Source: Peribolospora baueri (Eukaryota). From it: a DNA stretch of 64,000 nucleotides. Below, piece after piece: positions 24,798 through 41,627 of this stretch. The stretch is from positions 62,001 through 126,000 of the forward strand of contig JAMDHS010000048.1 of assembly GCA_029717555.1 (NCBI GenBank), given 5' to 3'. Position 1 is the first letter of the stretch. Every line of letters starts with the position of its first letter. The translations under genes and the position numbers were made by a program. The notes below the pieces were generated by a model that worked only from the letters and a program-made list of their open reading frames with translations, did not search any database and had not been told where the DNA came from.

Positions 24798-26911
24798 AAC
24801 AGCGGTCGTGAATGGGCTGATGGATGAACAGAAACTGCCTGTTTCACTCTACCGCCCGTCTGTTCGTTCGTTCGTCCGTCTCGCCTAGTCTCGCTCGTGC
24901 CGTACCGGACGGCGGAGGAAGGGAGAAGAGTAGTGGGAGGGAAGAAAGAGAGCGTGTGAGGGGCGAGGGAGAGAGGAAGGGAGGAAGAGGGTAGGTGGGG
25001 GGGTAATAAGGAAGGGCCGGGGAGGTGGCCATGGAGGAGGGTGAGAAGGCGGCAGTGGAGGGAGGATGGTGATAAGCTATATATGACCCACGCAAATGAG
25101 CGAGAGCCGAGATGAGATGAGATGAGAATGATCCCGGCTGCGGCGAGGGGAAAGGGGCGAGGGGGCAAGGGGCAGCTCACGCTCTCCGTCTCCTCTCCGC
25201 CGTCTTCTTCGTCGTCGTCGTCGCCAACGTCGTCGTCTCGCAATGCCCTCCTCCGGCGGCCCGCTAGCGTACGGGTCCCGTCTGGCAGCGCTGGACTAAC
25301 AAGCACTGACGGCGCTCGTCTCCGCTCCCTATCCTCGCAGATCGGGTCCCCCGCACGGGCACCTGCTCAGCTAGAGCAAGCAAGCAAGTGGCTAGTGCCG
25401 GGGCCAGAATCAAGACGAGGCAGGGGTAGGCGACGCTGGGCTCGCTAACGCCGGTCGACGGTCGCCGTGCGTCGTGCGACGCCGTGGTAGATGGAGATGG
25501 ATCGACTCGACGGAGGTCGGTCGTGCGGAGACGTCTGGTCTGGGCGACATGCGAAGGCATAGGCATGCAATGCAGGGCAGAGGCGTGCAGCGCTCGAGTA
25601 TTTGCGCTGCTAGCATTCCCGCGCCTCGTCACATGACGGGCCGAGACGAGACGGGGATAGGATGGTGCGGGATGGTGTGGGAGGATGGGATGGGATGGGC
25701 GAGAGGAGAAGAGGGGATGGCAGGGGCAGGCGGCGGCGGACGTAGCCTCATCGCCTCGTCGCCTTTCGTCCATCAGCCGAGCGGGCGACGAGGGCGCGGA
25801 GGACGAGGAGGAGGAGCAACGGGCTGATATGGTATGGTATCGCCAGTCGCGAGCGGCTGCATCGGACGACGGATGGAATCTGATCGCCGTCGCTAAATGA
25901 ACTCGCTCCTTCTCTTCCGCGACTGGCTGGCGCAAATTGCTGCTGCTGCTGCTGCTCCTCCTCCTCAACACAGCACAGAAACAAGCCGTCCTTACCGAGT
26001 CGGGTTGATCCACTCATCGCTCATCTACGTCGTCCTTCCTTCACGTCACGACGCCCGCCCACCCGCCCGCTCTGCCGTCGACGCGGCCCTCGACCTCGAC
26101 CTCGACCGAGTATATCATATATATGTGTGTGTATAGGAAAAGGACGCTTAGGGTAAGGGTAGGCGAACTTGCGCCGTCTCGTCTCATCGACCTCCCCGGA
26201 CGCTAGAGTAAATGTCCTCCCTTCGAGTTCTTCTTGGAGGGACGAACGATCGATCGAACGCGATGGGGCAAGCGAACGCAATGGAGGGAAGGGAGGAATG
26301 GTCCGGGAAGAAACAAAGAAAGAATAAAAGAAGCGCCGTATAGCGTCCTCGCCATGTCCCCGCCCGCCCGCCTCCCGCCACCGGCAGAGGCTGAATGAAA
26401 AACAGGCGCGATCGGTTGCTAGGCCTCCCGCGTCCAAACCTCTGTCCCCGCCGCCCTCCTTCCATCACATCGCATCGTATCGTATCGGTATCGTATCGTA
26501 TGGACACATTATGCTCATCATATCATCCCCCTCCGCGCCGTCTATCCAGCTTGCGTGAGACGAAAGCGGGGCACAAGACAAAAACAAAAGCAAAAAACGG
26601 AAAAAAAAGGAACCTTAACCCACCCCGAGTCGAACGCGAGTGCGAATGCCGCTTCGAACCGACTTTGGAAGGAGAGCTTTCCGTCTCCACCATCATCGCT
26701 TCATTCTCTCTTTGTGATTGGCCGGGACCGAAAGGAGGGGTAGAGTAAGAAAAGGAACATAGCTGCTAAGTAGATGGATGGATTACGTAGTTGGCACGGC
26801 CACGACGGGACCGCGTTCCATTCGACCCCTCTCGCTTGCGTTACACATCTCCACCTCCGTCCGTCACCGACGAGCACGACCATGCCCCGCCCGGACGCGC
26901 CGACCGCGCCT

Positions 26912-29722
<2,811 letters not shown>

Positions 29723-30569
29723 GTTGGATATCCAAGAGGGAGACAAGAACGGCAAGGATGATGGGGGTAGGCGATGGTGGTGGGTCGTCAAGGGCTGAAG
29801 GAATGCGGACGGGGCGGACGGCTGACGGCGGCTTACTCAGCCGAGTTCTTCCTGGCCGAATGTTGGGAACAAGTCAGCCCAGCCCGATCGCCTGCCGTCA
29901 TGATCCGCCAATCACAGAGAAAGCCAGCCGGCAGGGGCACGTTCGCTTCGGGAATGTGCCAGCTTCGGGAATGTCTCATCGTAGGCACTTGCGCTCCCAC
30001 GGCATTGAAGCCTTTTTCTCGATACTCCTTTGCCCACCACTGACGGAATGTTCGCAAGGGGCTTTGCTGATATCGTTCTTGTTTTTGTACGTCTCCTGAG
30101 GGGTACCTTCCGCTCGCAAGCTGTTCGCCCAATATCTTGTTGCAGGCGCGGGTCTGGACGAGGCGAGCGCGCAGATGGCAAGCACTACCTTCGATACGAT
30201 CTTTCGGCCATCCATGGTCTACTGCCATTTCACTGAATATTGAGTGTGCCTGGCAGTAGAACCTGGGATCAAGACAGAGCACTACTATGAAGGAGCAGCG
30301 AGAGGAGAACGGGAACGTTAAGGCATCATGAGGAGTGCTCGTGCGTTGGAAAGGTGGAGGCGAGCCAGCACTTTCAAATTTCGCAATCATCTATGTCGGT
30401 GTCGAAGATGGACCTCAATGCTGGAGGACCAGAATCAGGTTTGCAAGGAGGAAGGAGGAATGGTATCTCTACAATTCCGGCGTTTCCCTGGTCCTTCTCT
30501 CCGTCCTCTTTCAGCGCAACCCCCTCTGCACCGGAAGGAACATGCTCGTTTTCCTCCTCCCTAGACACG

Positions 30570-33500
30570 TCAATAAGGGTCCTCAGCTTCTATCACGGAG
30601 TCCTCGGACTCCGTGAACGCCCCACCGTCGGAATTGGCGCTCACGACTTCCCACCCCTGCGGGCCGACGTCGCCCTCCGCCTCATCTCCACCTTCTTCAG
30701 CGCTAGAAGCGCTCCCATCGCCCTCACCCCACATGATCCACTCGAACTCCACCTCAAGAGACTGGATGCCAAACGGCTTTTTTACGAAGTCAAGCTCGCG
30801 AGACGAGAAGCGGATGATGTTCCGACGGCGATTCGGGGCCGAGGCTGGAGCCTCGCCATTGGCGTCCGGCGAAGGAGTGGAGGGTGGGGCGGATTCAAAG
30901 GATGGGATGAACCAGAGCCAACAGAGAGAGACCTGGAGGACAAGAGAAGTGTGAACAGCCAAGAGCAGAGACAGAAGAGAGAAGTAACTTAGTGAGCCTA
31001 CGCGTCGATGAGACGAATAGCATGATCTCCCCCTTTGATCTGGTCCGCTCCTCAACCAAGCTGGGACACACCGTGGCACACGGCGGAGAGGCCCTCTTTC
31101 TTACCTTACCCGCAGAGCCAGACGGAAAGCAATGCAAGAATGAAGAAAGAGAAGACTCACAATATCAGGCAGACTGGAATGCTTCTTCCCGGTCTCCCCC
31201 AACAAGACTTTGATCATCACCTCCCTATCCGCATCGATCACAAGACCTCGTTCTATCCCTCCCTCCTTGCCTCTCTTCTCCGCCTTTAATGTTCTTCCCT
31301 CCTCTCCGTCCCCTGGTACAGACGCCCCATCACCGTCGTGGACCTCCGCTTTACTCCTAGCTTGCTGCTGTACGGCGACGCGTTCAGAGTCCGACCGACG
31401 GCCGTGCGGGTAGAAGGTGCGGATGAGTATCTTCTTGTCGTTCACGCCCTCGTCCTTGGGGCCACCTGTGATGGCTTTCAATTGCTTATGCGCCTCCGAT
31501 AGTAGTGTGGGGGAGGCAATGGGTGGTGTGGGTGAAGGGAAGAGCCGTGGGTCCGTGCTGCTCACTGGACGCGGAAGCACCACGTCGTCGCTGCTGTCGC
31601 CGCCACCGGCATATGATTGCTGCTGGTCTTGACCCTCCGGCGCCGGTTCCCCAACTTCCATCCTCTCTTCCTCGCCAAATGAAGCAAAGTAGACTATCAA
31701 AGGCTTATCGTCCTCCCACTCGATCTCCTCATTCTTGAACGCCTCCATCCCTTCCTTCCTCCTTCCCTGCTCAAACCTGCTCCGTTCAACCTTCTCGACA
31801 TTCTCCACGCATGCGTCAGCGTATCGCGCGATCTGCACGCTCATTTTTCGAGAGCCGTCACCCACGACGAGCCCTGCTGCAGCCGCCAAGGCCCGTTTGG
31901 CGGCGGAGGCGGTTGAGGGAGGAGGAGTTGGAGGGATGGTAAGAAGGGAGATGCGCGTCAGGCGGATGAGACGGGCGGGTGAAAGAGATCCCTTCGGCGC
32001 GATAGACAGTCGAGGACGGGGGTCGAAACCTTCTAGTATGCGGGCCCAGTAGCCCACCCAGCGGCGTTGCGACGGGATGCTGTCAAGGCAAGGATTGAGG
32101 CAGAAGTGTGGACACAACGGTTAGCTAGTTATCCTGTCAGCGATCGTCATGATGGAGACACAACGCCAGGGAAGGGCTGGTTGGATGGCTCACCTGACCC
32201 CCATCCTCTCCTTCTTCGGCTTTGCCGGCTTGCTGGCCGTTCCGCCCTCTTCTTTGTCTCCTCCGCCTTCCTGCACATCCTTGTGAGGCTCCCGGGCTCC
32301 ATTTCTATCAGCATTGCTACCTTCCCTCGCCCTCGGAGGCTTCATCCTCATCTGCGTATGCAGCTGGAAAACGTGGCTCAGCCTCTCAGCCATCGCCAAG
32401 GCCTCTCGCGCCGCCGGGCCGGGGGCAGATACACCAGGTTTGCCATCACCGTCTGAAATACCAGCCGGTGCCTCGTTTTCCCTAAACCGGGAAACGGCAT
32501 TCGTGGGAACGAGGCCCTGGACAGCCTTTGGAAGATTGACACTCTTCGTCTCCGCGACGTCGTCTCCGCCGCCAAGACCGCCGTTGCTGCTGATCGGTCC
32601 GTCTGCGCTATCTGGAATGCGCGCATGGTCATCAGAATGGACCTGGAAATTCACACCTCCATGACCTTCGGGACTCTTCGGCTCCGGATTTCCTGTCCTG
32701 AATTGGTCTTCCAAACCTTCCACGAGCGTTTGCGCTCGGTCGCGCTGATCGTCAGAGTGTGTGCGTGCAGGCTCCCCGTCTTCGTACATTCTGAATACAC
32801 CGTCGTTGTCGTTATTCTTCGTAGACAGATCGGAATCGGTGGGCCGCTGAACGACGGTGAATTTGCTCTTGGTGGGTGATTTGGTGGAGGTGTCAGAGTA
32901 GTTACGTTCGAGTTTGGGAGGGGAAGGGAGTTGGGGGAGGGAGATCAAATAGGACACCGCCATGGTGCCTGAGCGACCCTTTCCGGCTAAATCGGGAATT
33001 GAGTTGGAGGGAAAATTGAGCATGGAGGAGCTCATGGTGAGACGAGGCGCTTGATCTGAGGACTACCGTCTTTTCTTTCTTATCTCACCTTTGCAATGCA
33101 CGACGGCGACGTTCTCCGGATCTGCGTCAAGAAAGTTGGAGATGTCGTCGACGAAAAGAGGAATAAGAGACAATGGCGGAACGTGGTGATCCGGGAAGGG
33201 GTAACGAGATACTGCGAGAAATATAGCACAGATACGCACGGTCAGATGCCGTCTGTGCTGTTCTCGGTGCTATCTGCCAATCATGGAGGAGTACACCCGA
33301 CCTGGCTTCACTCACCTTGATCATAAAATACGCTCGAGGGATATTCATTCTCTGTCCGAGGACAGCTGATAACAAGCGAAGGCACGATATGAGAAACGAC
33401 AGGGCGACCGACACGGCACCCGCGCCTCTTCCGTCGCATTGCTCCAGACGGCGCTCACAAGTTGAAGATCTTCCACTTGCGGCCATGCCTCAATTCGAGG

Positions 33501-33673
33501 AAGCGCAGAACGTCTTTCCTCCTGTTCCTGTATATGGACTCTATGCCCGTGGCCGGATAACCCATTATTAAGAGGCGGTCCGTCACGTAGACCAAGTCGA
33601 GTGAGATGCCATGCAGCGAATCGTGAAAGCGCGCCTTGTGGCCGGAGACGACCTTTCGGAGGAGGTCGGTCAT
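30570..33673 (-). CDS. TEP1: PTEN/Tep1-like phosphoinositide 3-phosphatase, multi-exon
   Basis: LDLVYVTDRLLIMGYPA..IYRN, YPFPDHH, P-loop VHCK|AGKGRSGT, GV|SIPSQRRWVGYW and a C2-like tail (WLWFIP). Confidence 0.88.
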
Positions 33674-34274
33674 CGTCAAGGGACACCTTTGCAGTGTTCT
33701 GTATAAGATATGCAGAACAAAGTAATGAGCCAAGTCGTCTAACGTACACGACTGCACATACAGTACATACAGTATGTGTTCGGACGGGGTCCCTTATGTC
33801 ATGAAGACGGGCTGAGCCGGGCGTGCCACTCAATCAATCATATGGTTATCTCGATGGCCACGCGCTCGACATTGTGGAGGCCCGTGCGCAATAATGTACC
33901 GCAGCAAATAAGTAGGGTTACCATCGCCACGCACAGCGCATCTCCACTTTCGTTTGTCTCGCGTCTGTCTCTGCATCCGCCCAGCGGACGGGCCACCACA
34001 ACTAACATCTAGCCACCACCCCCAAGAACAAAGGGACGACGAAGAGCCGTTTGGCCAGCCTTCTCCTTTTTTTCTCTCGCTTCCGCTCTCTCTTCGCCCT
34101 CACGTACGCACTTTTCTCCCCTTCGACTATTTGCGACTGCCGATTCGAGAACCGGCCGATAGGAACGGACACGTCGGGGACGCGATCACGTCGCGTTTGC
34201 ATCACCTCCAACGCCATCTATCTCGTTTTCCTTCCTTATTCTCCCTCCCTCACACCTTGCCCTCGCCTCTCACT

Positions 34275-37119
34275 ATGCACCGGCAAGCCGCCTTTGCACC
34301 TTACGCCACCTCTATCCCGTCCTCCTCCTCCTCCTCGCCGCCTTATTACCGCCGCTTCCTTCCCACCTCGCTCTCATCCCCTATCCCCGCCACCGACCCT
34401 ATCCCCTCCCTTGATGACCTCGGCACGCTCCGCAGACATCTCGTGACGCTTCGAGGTGAAGCGAAGGATAGGGCCAAGAGATTGGACAGAGACGCCGACT
34501 CGCTTCGGGAGGGATCTTTAAACGGGAAGGGAAAGGACAAGGCTAGCGGTGGTACAGCCGGAGGCGCCGTCTCGCCCTCTTCGGGCTCCGGATCGAAGGC
34601 GTCAGGGAAGGCTTCCAAGGGGGGAGCTAGAGCGAAAAATGACAGGAATAAGTTTGCAAAGGTTGCGGGGACGGACGGGGCTCAGAAGGTCAAGCGAGAG
34701 ATCAGCGGTGAGTTATGTTTCCACGCTGCCTTTGTCTGCCCATGGCTTTGGCCGTGTATTTGCATTGACAGGGCCCCCATGTACAGCTCTGGGGATGTCT
34801 AACTTTTGTGTTGACCTCGTGACTGAAACGTCATTTTTTTACCGCCCCAGAAACTTCCCCAGAGTCGGACGATGACGATGAAATGCCCGCAAAGCCGGGA
34901 CGTCGCAAGAAGGGGCAAGCAGTTTACGTCAGCAACCACAAGAAGCGGAAGAGGGATACATCGTCTCTCGTTTGGTCAGATGAGGACGGGTATTCGAGTG
35001 TGGAAGGTGAGTCACACATCGCCCCGACGCTATTCAAAGTATGCCCCACATGGACTGACCTTTGTTTTCCTGTAACGCTCCAATTTTCAACGCTTCGAAC
35101 GCAGAAACGCTTAAGTCTGGGTCCAAACCGAGATCTGGGAGCGATGCGTCTGTAACTCGCCAAGGCTCAACCTCTACGGCAGCTGCGCCTTCGGGAGGCT
35201 CAGGAACCGTTCGTTTGAAGCTGAACAACCCGTCGAGGGTGAGCTTCGTCTTCTGGCTCAGCGTTTTAGAGAGACAACGTTCGTTAGTTGACGTATCAAC
35301 TTTACTTCTCCTCCAGACAAAGGTCCTCGAGACGCCGCCACCGAATGGAATCCGACGTTTGCAGCAGGGAGCCTCCTTTGGGTCGAATCGGACCTCTCGG
35401 CACTTATCTCCGTCGCCGTCACCACTCTTCAATCCGCTTCCCCTTCCTTCTCCGTCTCCATCCAACGACGGCGTCTCCTTCGAGATTCCTACGCACACTC
35501 CTGCCACTGCCGTGCCCGTCTTGTCGCCGTCAGTACCCCCGGAGCCCGGACCAACGCGACCGGAAGAGGTCAATGTAGACTTCACCGCCAAGGAAAGGGA
35601 GGAGAAGGCCAAGGAGAAGGAGAAAGGGAGGGCACATACCAAGGGAGACCCGTCACAAAACCAGGTGCCCATTCAAACCTTCTACAACCACGTTGGAGCA
35701 TACTTCAAGACCATCACCGAGGATGACTTAGCATTTTTGACTGCCAAGGTGAGCTTGTTCGTCTCGTCGCGCGTCTCTGATGGCCAGGCTTGTCTATTCA
35801 TGGCTAATGGACGACCATTTCGCATTGTGCCCGCTTTAGTCGGAGGACGTCGAATCATTCATCATCCCTCCCTTGGGGCGCCATTATACGGAAGTGTGGG
35901 AAGAGGAAGATGCAGCAGCAGCGCGTGGGGGTTCTCCCGCGCCCACGACGACGGGCCGAACGGCGGGCGCTCACCACGCAAACGGTTTGACTGCTTCCGG
36001 GCCTCATGCACCCCCGAACGGCGTCTTGCCAGGTAAAGGCGGCAACCAGAGAGGAAGTGGCATGGCGTACGTCCCGAAAGTGCCCCCGTTAAGGCCGAGC
36101 AAGGATCTGTCGGACGAAAAGCTGTTCGGCGACCCGGACGTCTTTTGCGGGCCTTTCACGGAGCGATTGTTGAGCGCGCTTCTGGACGTGAACGGGAAGA
36201 GCGTTAAAGTTCGGGATGCAAAGGCGATTGCGGCACAGCGGGCTGCAACGGGTGTGGTGAAGAAGGGTAGGGAGGAGGAGGAAGATGCGGTGACGGAGGT
36301 TCGACCTGAGCCGACAGCTGCACAGGGTCTGGGACAGGCACTAGGCGCCAAGAATACGCATGCTGACGGAGCAGGACGGGTGGTGGTCGAGGAGGCGGAC
36401 AAGCAGACCGTAGCCGAACTGGAGGAGCGCGTGACCAAGGAGCTCAAGCAGGTGGATGTCATCGATGAGCAAGAGGTATGTTTTCCTTGCCGTTTGTCTT
36501 ATGTCGACACTTCATCTCGTAGGCAGGAGTGCGGCGGAGTTATTTAACACGAGCTTATCTGCGGCTTTACCCCCTGTTCACGCAGGTCGATTGGTCCCTT
36601 CGCGACGATGACGAGATTGCGGCGACCCTTCGCCGAGTTCAGTCTCTCTTGCGTGCCCAGTTGCACGCCAACGAGCTCCGCAAGGCCCGTCTCTACCAGA
36701 TCGCCCAGGACCGCATGGCGCACCAGGAGTACGAGTCGTGCCTCCATTCGCTCGAGAGGGAGATTGAGGCGGGTTGGACCAAGCGCCAGCGGCAGATCAA
36801 GGCGAGCTTGCAGAAGAAGAGAAAGGGCGGCGCCGCCACTTCGGGGGATGGTTCGGGTGGTGGAGCGGGCGAGGTCCTTGCTTCGGTGCACCATGGGCCT
36901 GCAAAACCGCAACTACCCGATTCCGTCCTGGCGGCGATGCGAAGGAGGAAGGAGATGGTGACCAAGATTGGGCCCATGTTCCAGGAGGGGAGGGATTACG
37001 GGACGCCTGTTCAGAGCATCTACGCCGATTTGGATCTGAGTCTGCCGCCTGCTGCCGCTGCCGCTTGTGGCGGGGCCGGAGGGGGCGGGGCTACTGTTGA
37101 TGGGAAGACTCCTGCTTAG
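34275..37119 (+). CDS. ADA3: SAGA/ADA complex subunit Ada3/Ngg1, multi-exon
   Basis: NQVPIQTFY...YFKTITEDDLAFL, IPPLGRHY, GPFTERLLSAL, LEERV..EL and DDEIAATLR. Confidence 0.85.
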
Positions 37120-37255
37120 GGTCCATAGCCTCCTCGATGGACACCTCGATATTGGAATTGAGTCTTATTATGAGGGGCGCAGACCTTCTCAAAAGCATAT
37201 CGCAGATATCTGTTCGTCACGGCGCACTTATGATTGGAAGTTGCTCGTCAGGTTA

Positions 37256-38503
37256 CTATCTACGCAGTGCCCTTCGCTCGTAATCCGCGAGCCTGGCCAA
37301 AAGCCGAGGAACTGAGTCGCGCAAGAAAAAAAAAAAGTGTGATTCACGGACCGCGATCGTAAACTCCGATCCAGATCTACGGCGAGACTTACCCAAAAGA
37401 CGGGAGCGCTCTAGTTCAGCCGCGAGCGGGCCGTCGCGAGTCAGCATGTTCGGCTGCACGATCGCTGGGTCGAGGGAGGCTAAGAGCGTCTGTAGTTGCT
37501 GGGGAGGTTACCATGAGGTAGAGGGAGCGCCAAATGCGTTCGGAAGATAGAGAGTCAGCGTGGAACTCCCAGAGTCGGAATGACAACCAAAAGTCTGTGG
37601 CGAGTAGGCTCGACTCACTTTGTAATGCTCTAGCTGCCCTGTAAGACGACGCTGGTGTGCAGATAGAACCGTCACACGCTGCCGAAGATCGTCGTACCTT
37701 CCAAGTCGTCCGAAGGTCCGTGAAGGATGTGTGAAACGGAGCGAAGCGTAAGCAGCCATGGTCACCATCGGGATGTAAAGGCGTATACAAGCATGAGCTC
37801 ACTCAGCCAACAAATCCGCGTCCGGTTCTGCATCGCCTGTTGGCCACGAAACTGGAAGGTCAGATAGCCAGCTGTAGCGCAACAGAAAAGTAAAGAAAGA
37901 TCAGAAATATAAAATCAAGCGCAAGGACTCGCGCCCCCATCACCGCTCGCGCGAGCCGATCATCGCCTTCACCTACCTTCTATTGATCCCACCGCCAGGC
38001 CCATCCTCAGCCTTGCCGCCCACGCGGACCCTGCCCCCATCGGCATCCCTCTGCCTCGCCCACTCCTCATCGATCATTTCCCGCTCCAACGTCTCCAGCT
38101 GCTCGCACAATTGCGCGACTGCCTGCGGCGAGAAATGGTGAGCGAGGGCCGACGCGCGGGCATGGTTTACTGCAGGGAAGGCAGGCAGAAGGGCCAACAG
38201 CAGATGTACTCGTATCAGCGCATGACGGACACAGAAAGCATAGCAGGAATGGATCGGCCGCGCAAGATAAGATTGTAAAAATGCAGGCGACCGCTTACAT
38301 CGCCTTAGCGCCTCCTCAACGACCTTTTTCGGCAAATTCTGCTTGCCTCCTTGTCTTTGCTTACCGCGCTCGCCGCTCCCGTTGTTGTCGTCGTCCTGCC
38401 TTGGCTCCTCATCATCCTCCCATTCGTCATCCAGCACGTAGGGCGTCTGCAGCAGCGCTATCTGCGCACGCAACACGTCTCTCGTCCTTGCTGCTGAGGC
38501 CAT
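37256..38503 (-). CDS. FTA4: Kinetochore Sim4-complex subunit Fta4-like, multi-exon
   Basis: RAQIALL, HFSPQAVAQLCEQLETL, SDLPVSWP and QPNMLTRDGPLAAELERSR resemble the Fta4 family. Confidence 0.7.
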
Positions 38504-38780
38504 CCTGTTCGTCGTCGATCTGAACTCCAATCCGTGCCGATCGACCGCTGACGCTGTTTACGCGGTGTGACGCGCTCGCCGCAGCAGAGTTGGGGGCCCG
38601 GGGAGCGGTTAGCCGGACCTCCGGAGCTCCGCCTCGAATGGGGGAAGCGGGGAGGAGAGAGAAGAAAGGGCAGACTGTCCGTACCGACGACTGCCTCCTT
38701 CACGACCTTACAGTAGCAATCGACCATCCAGCTTTCTTTTCTGCTCGTCTCCGTCTCTCCGTCTTTTTAGCAGCTCAGAC

Positions 38781-41239
38781 ATGTCTTCCGCACAGCAGGC
38801 CGCAAAGGCCGGGAGGACGTTCACACGTCGGGAGGTCGAGAAACATAACAAGGAGGGCGATCTGTGGATCATAATCGATTGTAAGTTTGAAAGTGCAGGG
38901 TGCAGCCGCATGTTAGGTGGGCACTGATATCTGCGCCTTCTTTAGCCACGGTGTACGACCTCACCAAGTTCAAAGACCTGCACCCTGGTGGCGACGTGGT
39001 GCTCACCGACAAGCACGTCGGTGAGAGTCTGCCGCTTCCAACATATGGACGTTGCATTCCCCCTAGAGGACAACGCTGAGAATGCAAATTAATTACACGG
39101 GCGCTTCCTTTTAGCTGGCAAAGATGCTACGTCAGCTTTCTACGGTCTCCACCGCCACTCCGTCCTACAGCGACCAGCCTACCGGCGTCTGATCATCGGA
39201 TATATCGAAGGGGAAAAGCCATCATTGCATTCCCGATTCGATGGGGAGCTCAGCGATGTGCCGTATGCGGAACCAGTCTGGCTCTCGAAAGGTTTCAAGA
39301 GCCCGTACTTCGGAGAAAAAGAGAAGAATTTGCAGAAAGAGTGAGTCAGCCGTCGGTGCGAGGATATGTAGCCGTAAGGGCGTTAATCCATGCCTTTTTT
39401 TTTTCCCTTTTCATAAGAATGCGCAAGTTTGTCGACGAAGTCCTAATTCCGGAGGCGGTTGACCGAGAGCTGAGTGGCAAGCGTCCGAGCCAGGAAGCAA
39501 TGGAAAAGATGGGGTGAATGATTAGTTCGTCGATGCCCTGCATATTTTCCGGAAGCTTCACTTATGAACACATATTTCTTATTCTATCTCTCAGAGAGCT
39601 CAACATCCACGCCATGACCCTCGGACCTGGTGCTCACCTCGAAGGCCGCACGCTGCTTGGCGGCGTTATTGAGCCGAAGGAGTTCAAGTACATGCATGAG
39701 ATGATCATCCAGCAGGAAATGGGCCGCTTCGCTAGCAGAGGTTATCAAGACGGTATGCAGTCAGGCTTATGGATTGGGTGAGTTAGCGGAGCTCTGGACC
39801 TCGATTCTGGTATTTCAAGGTGTAATTAACTCTCCGCTCTCACCCTCAGCCTCCCGCCCGTCCTCTCCTTCGCCCCGCCCCATCTGAAAAAGAAAGTGTC
39901 GGACGAGGTATTGTCGGGCAAGAAATATATATGTCTTGCTATCAGCGAGGCATTTGCGGGATCCGACGTCGCCGGCATCCGTACTACGGCTCAGAAGTCG
40001 CCTGACGGCAAGCGCTGGATTGTTAACGGCACTAGTTAGTACAGATTCGCCAATCGTGCTCATGCATATTCACCTGAACGAGTCTCTGACAGTTTGCCTT
40101 TTGAATGTTTGGGGACGTCTGCAGAGAAATGGATCACCAACAGCACCTTCGCTGACTACTTCACGACGGCGTGCAAGACGGAAAAGGGTTACGTCGTGCT
40201 GCTCATTACGAAGGGTGACGGCGTCGAGGTCAAGCCTATCAAGACTGCTTACTCGTCCGCCGCCGGGACAGGATACGTCATCTTCAACAATGTCGAGGTG
40301 AGATCCTGGTGTATTTGAGTGCGAATGTGGTGTGAACAAATCTGGCAGCTCCCATGCGAAGTCGGGAGGCTGACGATGTGACCACTTCACTCCTCTTCGT
40401 TTCAGGTTCCTTATGAAAACCTCTTGGGGGAGGAAGACAAGGGCTTCTCTGTCATCATGAACAACTTCAACCACGTGAATTACGCTGGCTCTAATCGGCG
40501 TCCTGTAGAATTTGCCTTTCTCACTCCGTTTGGGCCTCGTCCTCGTTTTGTTCTGCGGCTCTAGGAACGCTTGGTGATGGCGTGCAAGACCATTGCCGGC
40601 ATGCGTCTCGTCATTGAGGAATGTTTCCTGTGGGCGAACCAGCGCGAGGTGTTCGGAAAGAACCTGCTCGCTCAACCCGTCATCCGCGAAAAGGTAAGCT
40701 AAGGACTGGTTCGCCTTGCACTTCGAGGACACACGATGTGACCGACTTTGGAACGTGCCGATTCCCTCGGTTCTTCCACAGCTGGCCCACATGGTTGCAC
40801 AAGTAGAAGCGCTCCAATCCTGGCTGGAGCAGATTTGCTTCCAGATGGACAACATGTCCAAGGAGGAACAAAAGACCTACCTCGCGGGCCAGATCGCCTT
40901 GCTCAAGATGCAGTCTACACGCGTGGCCGATTTCGTGTCTTCAGAGGCTGTGCAGGTCTTCGGTGGGCGGTAAGTGGGATCTAGTCGACTGTCGATACGT
41001 TGCAGACTTCCCTCCCCTCCTGGACTCATAGCCCCTAGCTTATGAGAGTTGGAGCTGATCCCCGCACCAATCCCTACACCCCAAACAGGGGCCTCACGAA
41101 GACGGGCATGGGCCGGACGATCGAAGAATTTCAGCGGACGCGCAAGTTCGACGCCGTACTTGGCGGCTCGGAGGAGATCTTGGCTGACCTGGGCATTCGA
41201 CAAGCTTTGAAGCGGTTCCCTGCGAATGCTCGGCTGTGA
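38781..41239 (+). CDS. Acyl-CoA dehydrogenase with N-terminal cytochrome b5 domain and PTS1 (-ARL), multi-exon
   Basis: HNKEGDLWIIID..VYDLTKF..LHPGG heme motif, then LAISEAFAGSDVAG, KWITN, EAVQVFGGR|G and GGSEEILADL. Ends PANARL-TGA. Confidence 0.92.
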
Positions 41240-41519
41240 GCGAAGAAGAGCGCGTTATCTACCTGCGTGTCCATGGATGGGACGAAGAGAGTTAGGACTG
41301 CCTTAGAGTCGGATTATCGGTGTAGCTCGTGACATCAGCTTATTCTAAGACGTCAGGAGTCAGACAGTTTAATTTTATCTCTTCTCTTCGGCCCGTACAC
41401 CTCGGTCTTCATGGATCGCTGAACCCTTCTTTGCATTCGAAATAGGCGTTTTCCGAATTTGTCCGAGCGGCGTCCTCCCCCTTTTCCGCTCTCTTGCCCT
41501 GCCGTGAACAAGTCCAGAA

Positions 41520-41627
41520 CGTTTCTTCTCGCCGCTTTATCTTCCCTCCCTGTCGAAAACCCGTTTCTTTCTTGTTGAAGACCCGTTTCTTCTCGCCGCT
41601 TTATCTTCTCTCCCTGTTGAAAACCCG
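41520..41627. repeat. 44-bp direct repeat, two copies, period 64 bp
   Basis: cgtttcttctcgccgctttatcttcYctccctgtYgaaaacccg at 41520 and 41584, with two mismatches, both C/T. Confidence 0.9.

Noticed and set aside
41520..41627. CRISPR-like repeat-spacer pattern
   Set aside because: Only two copies, eukaryotic context and no cas genes.
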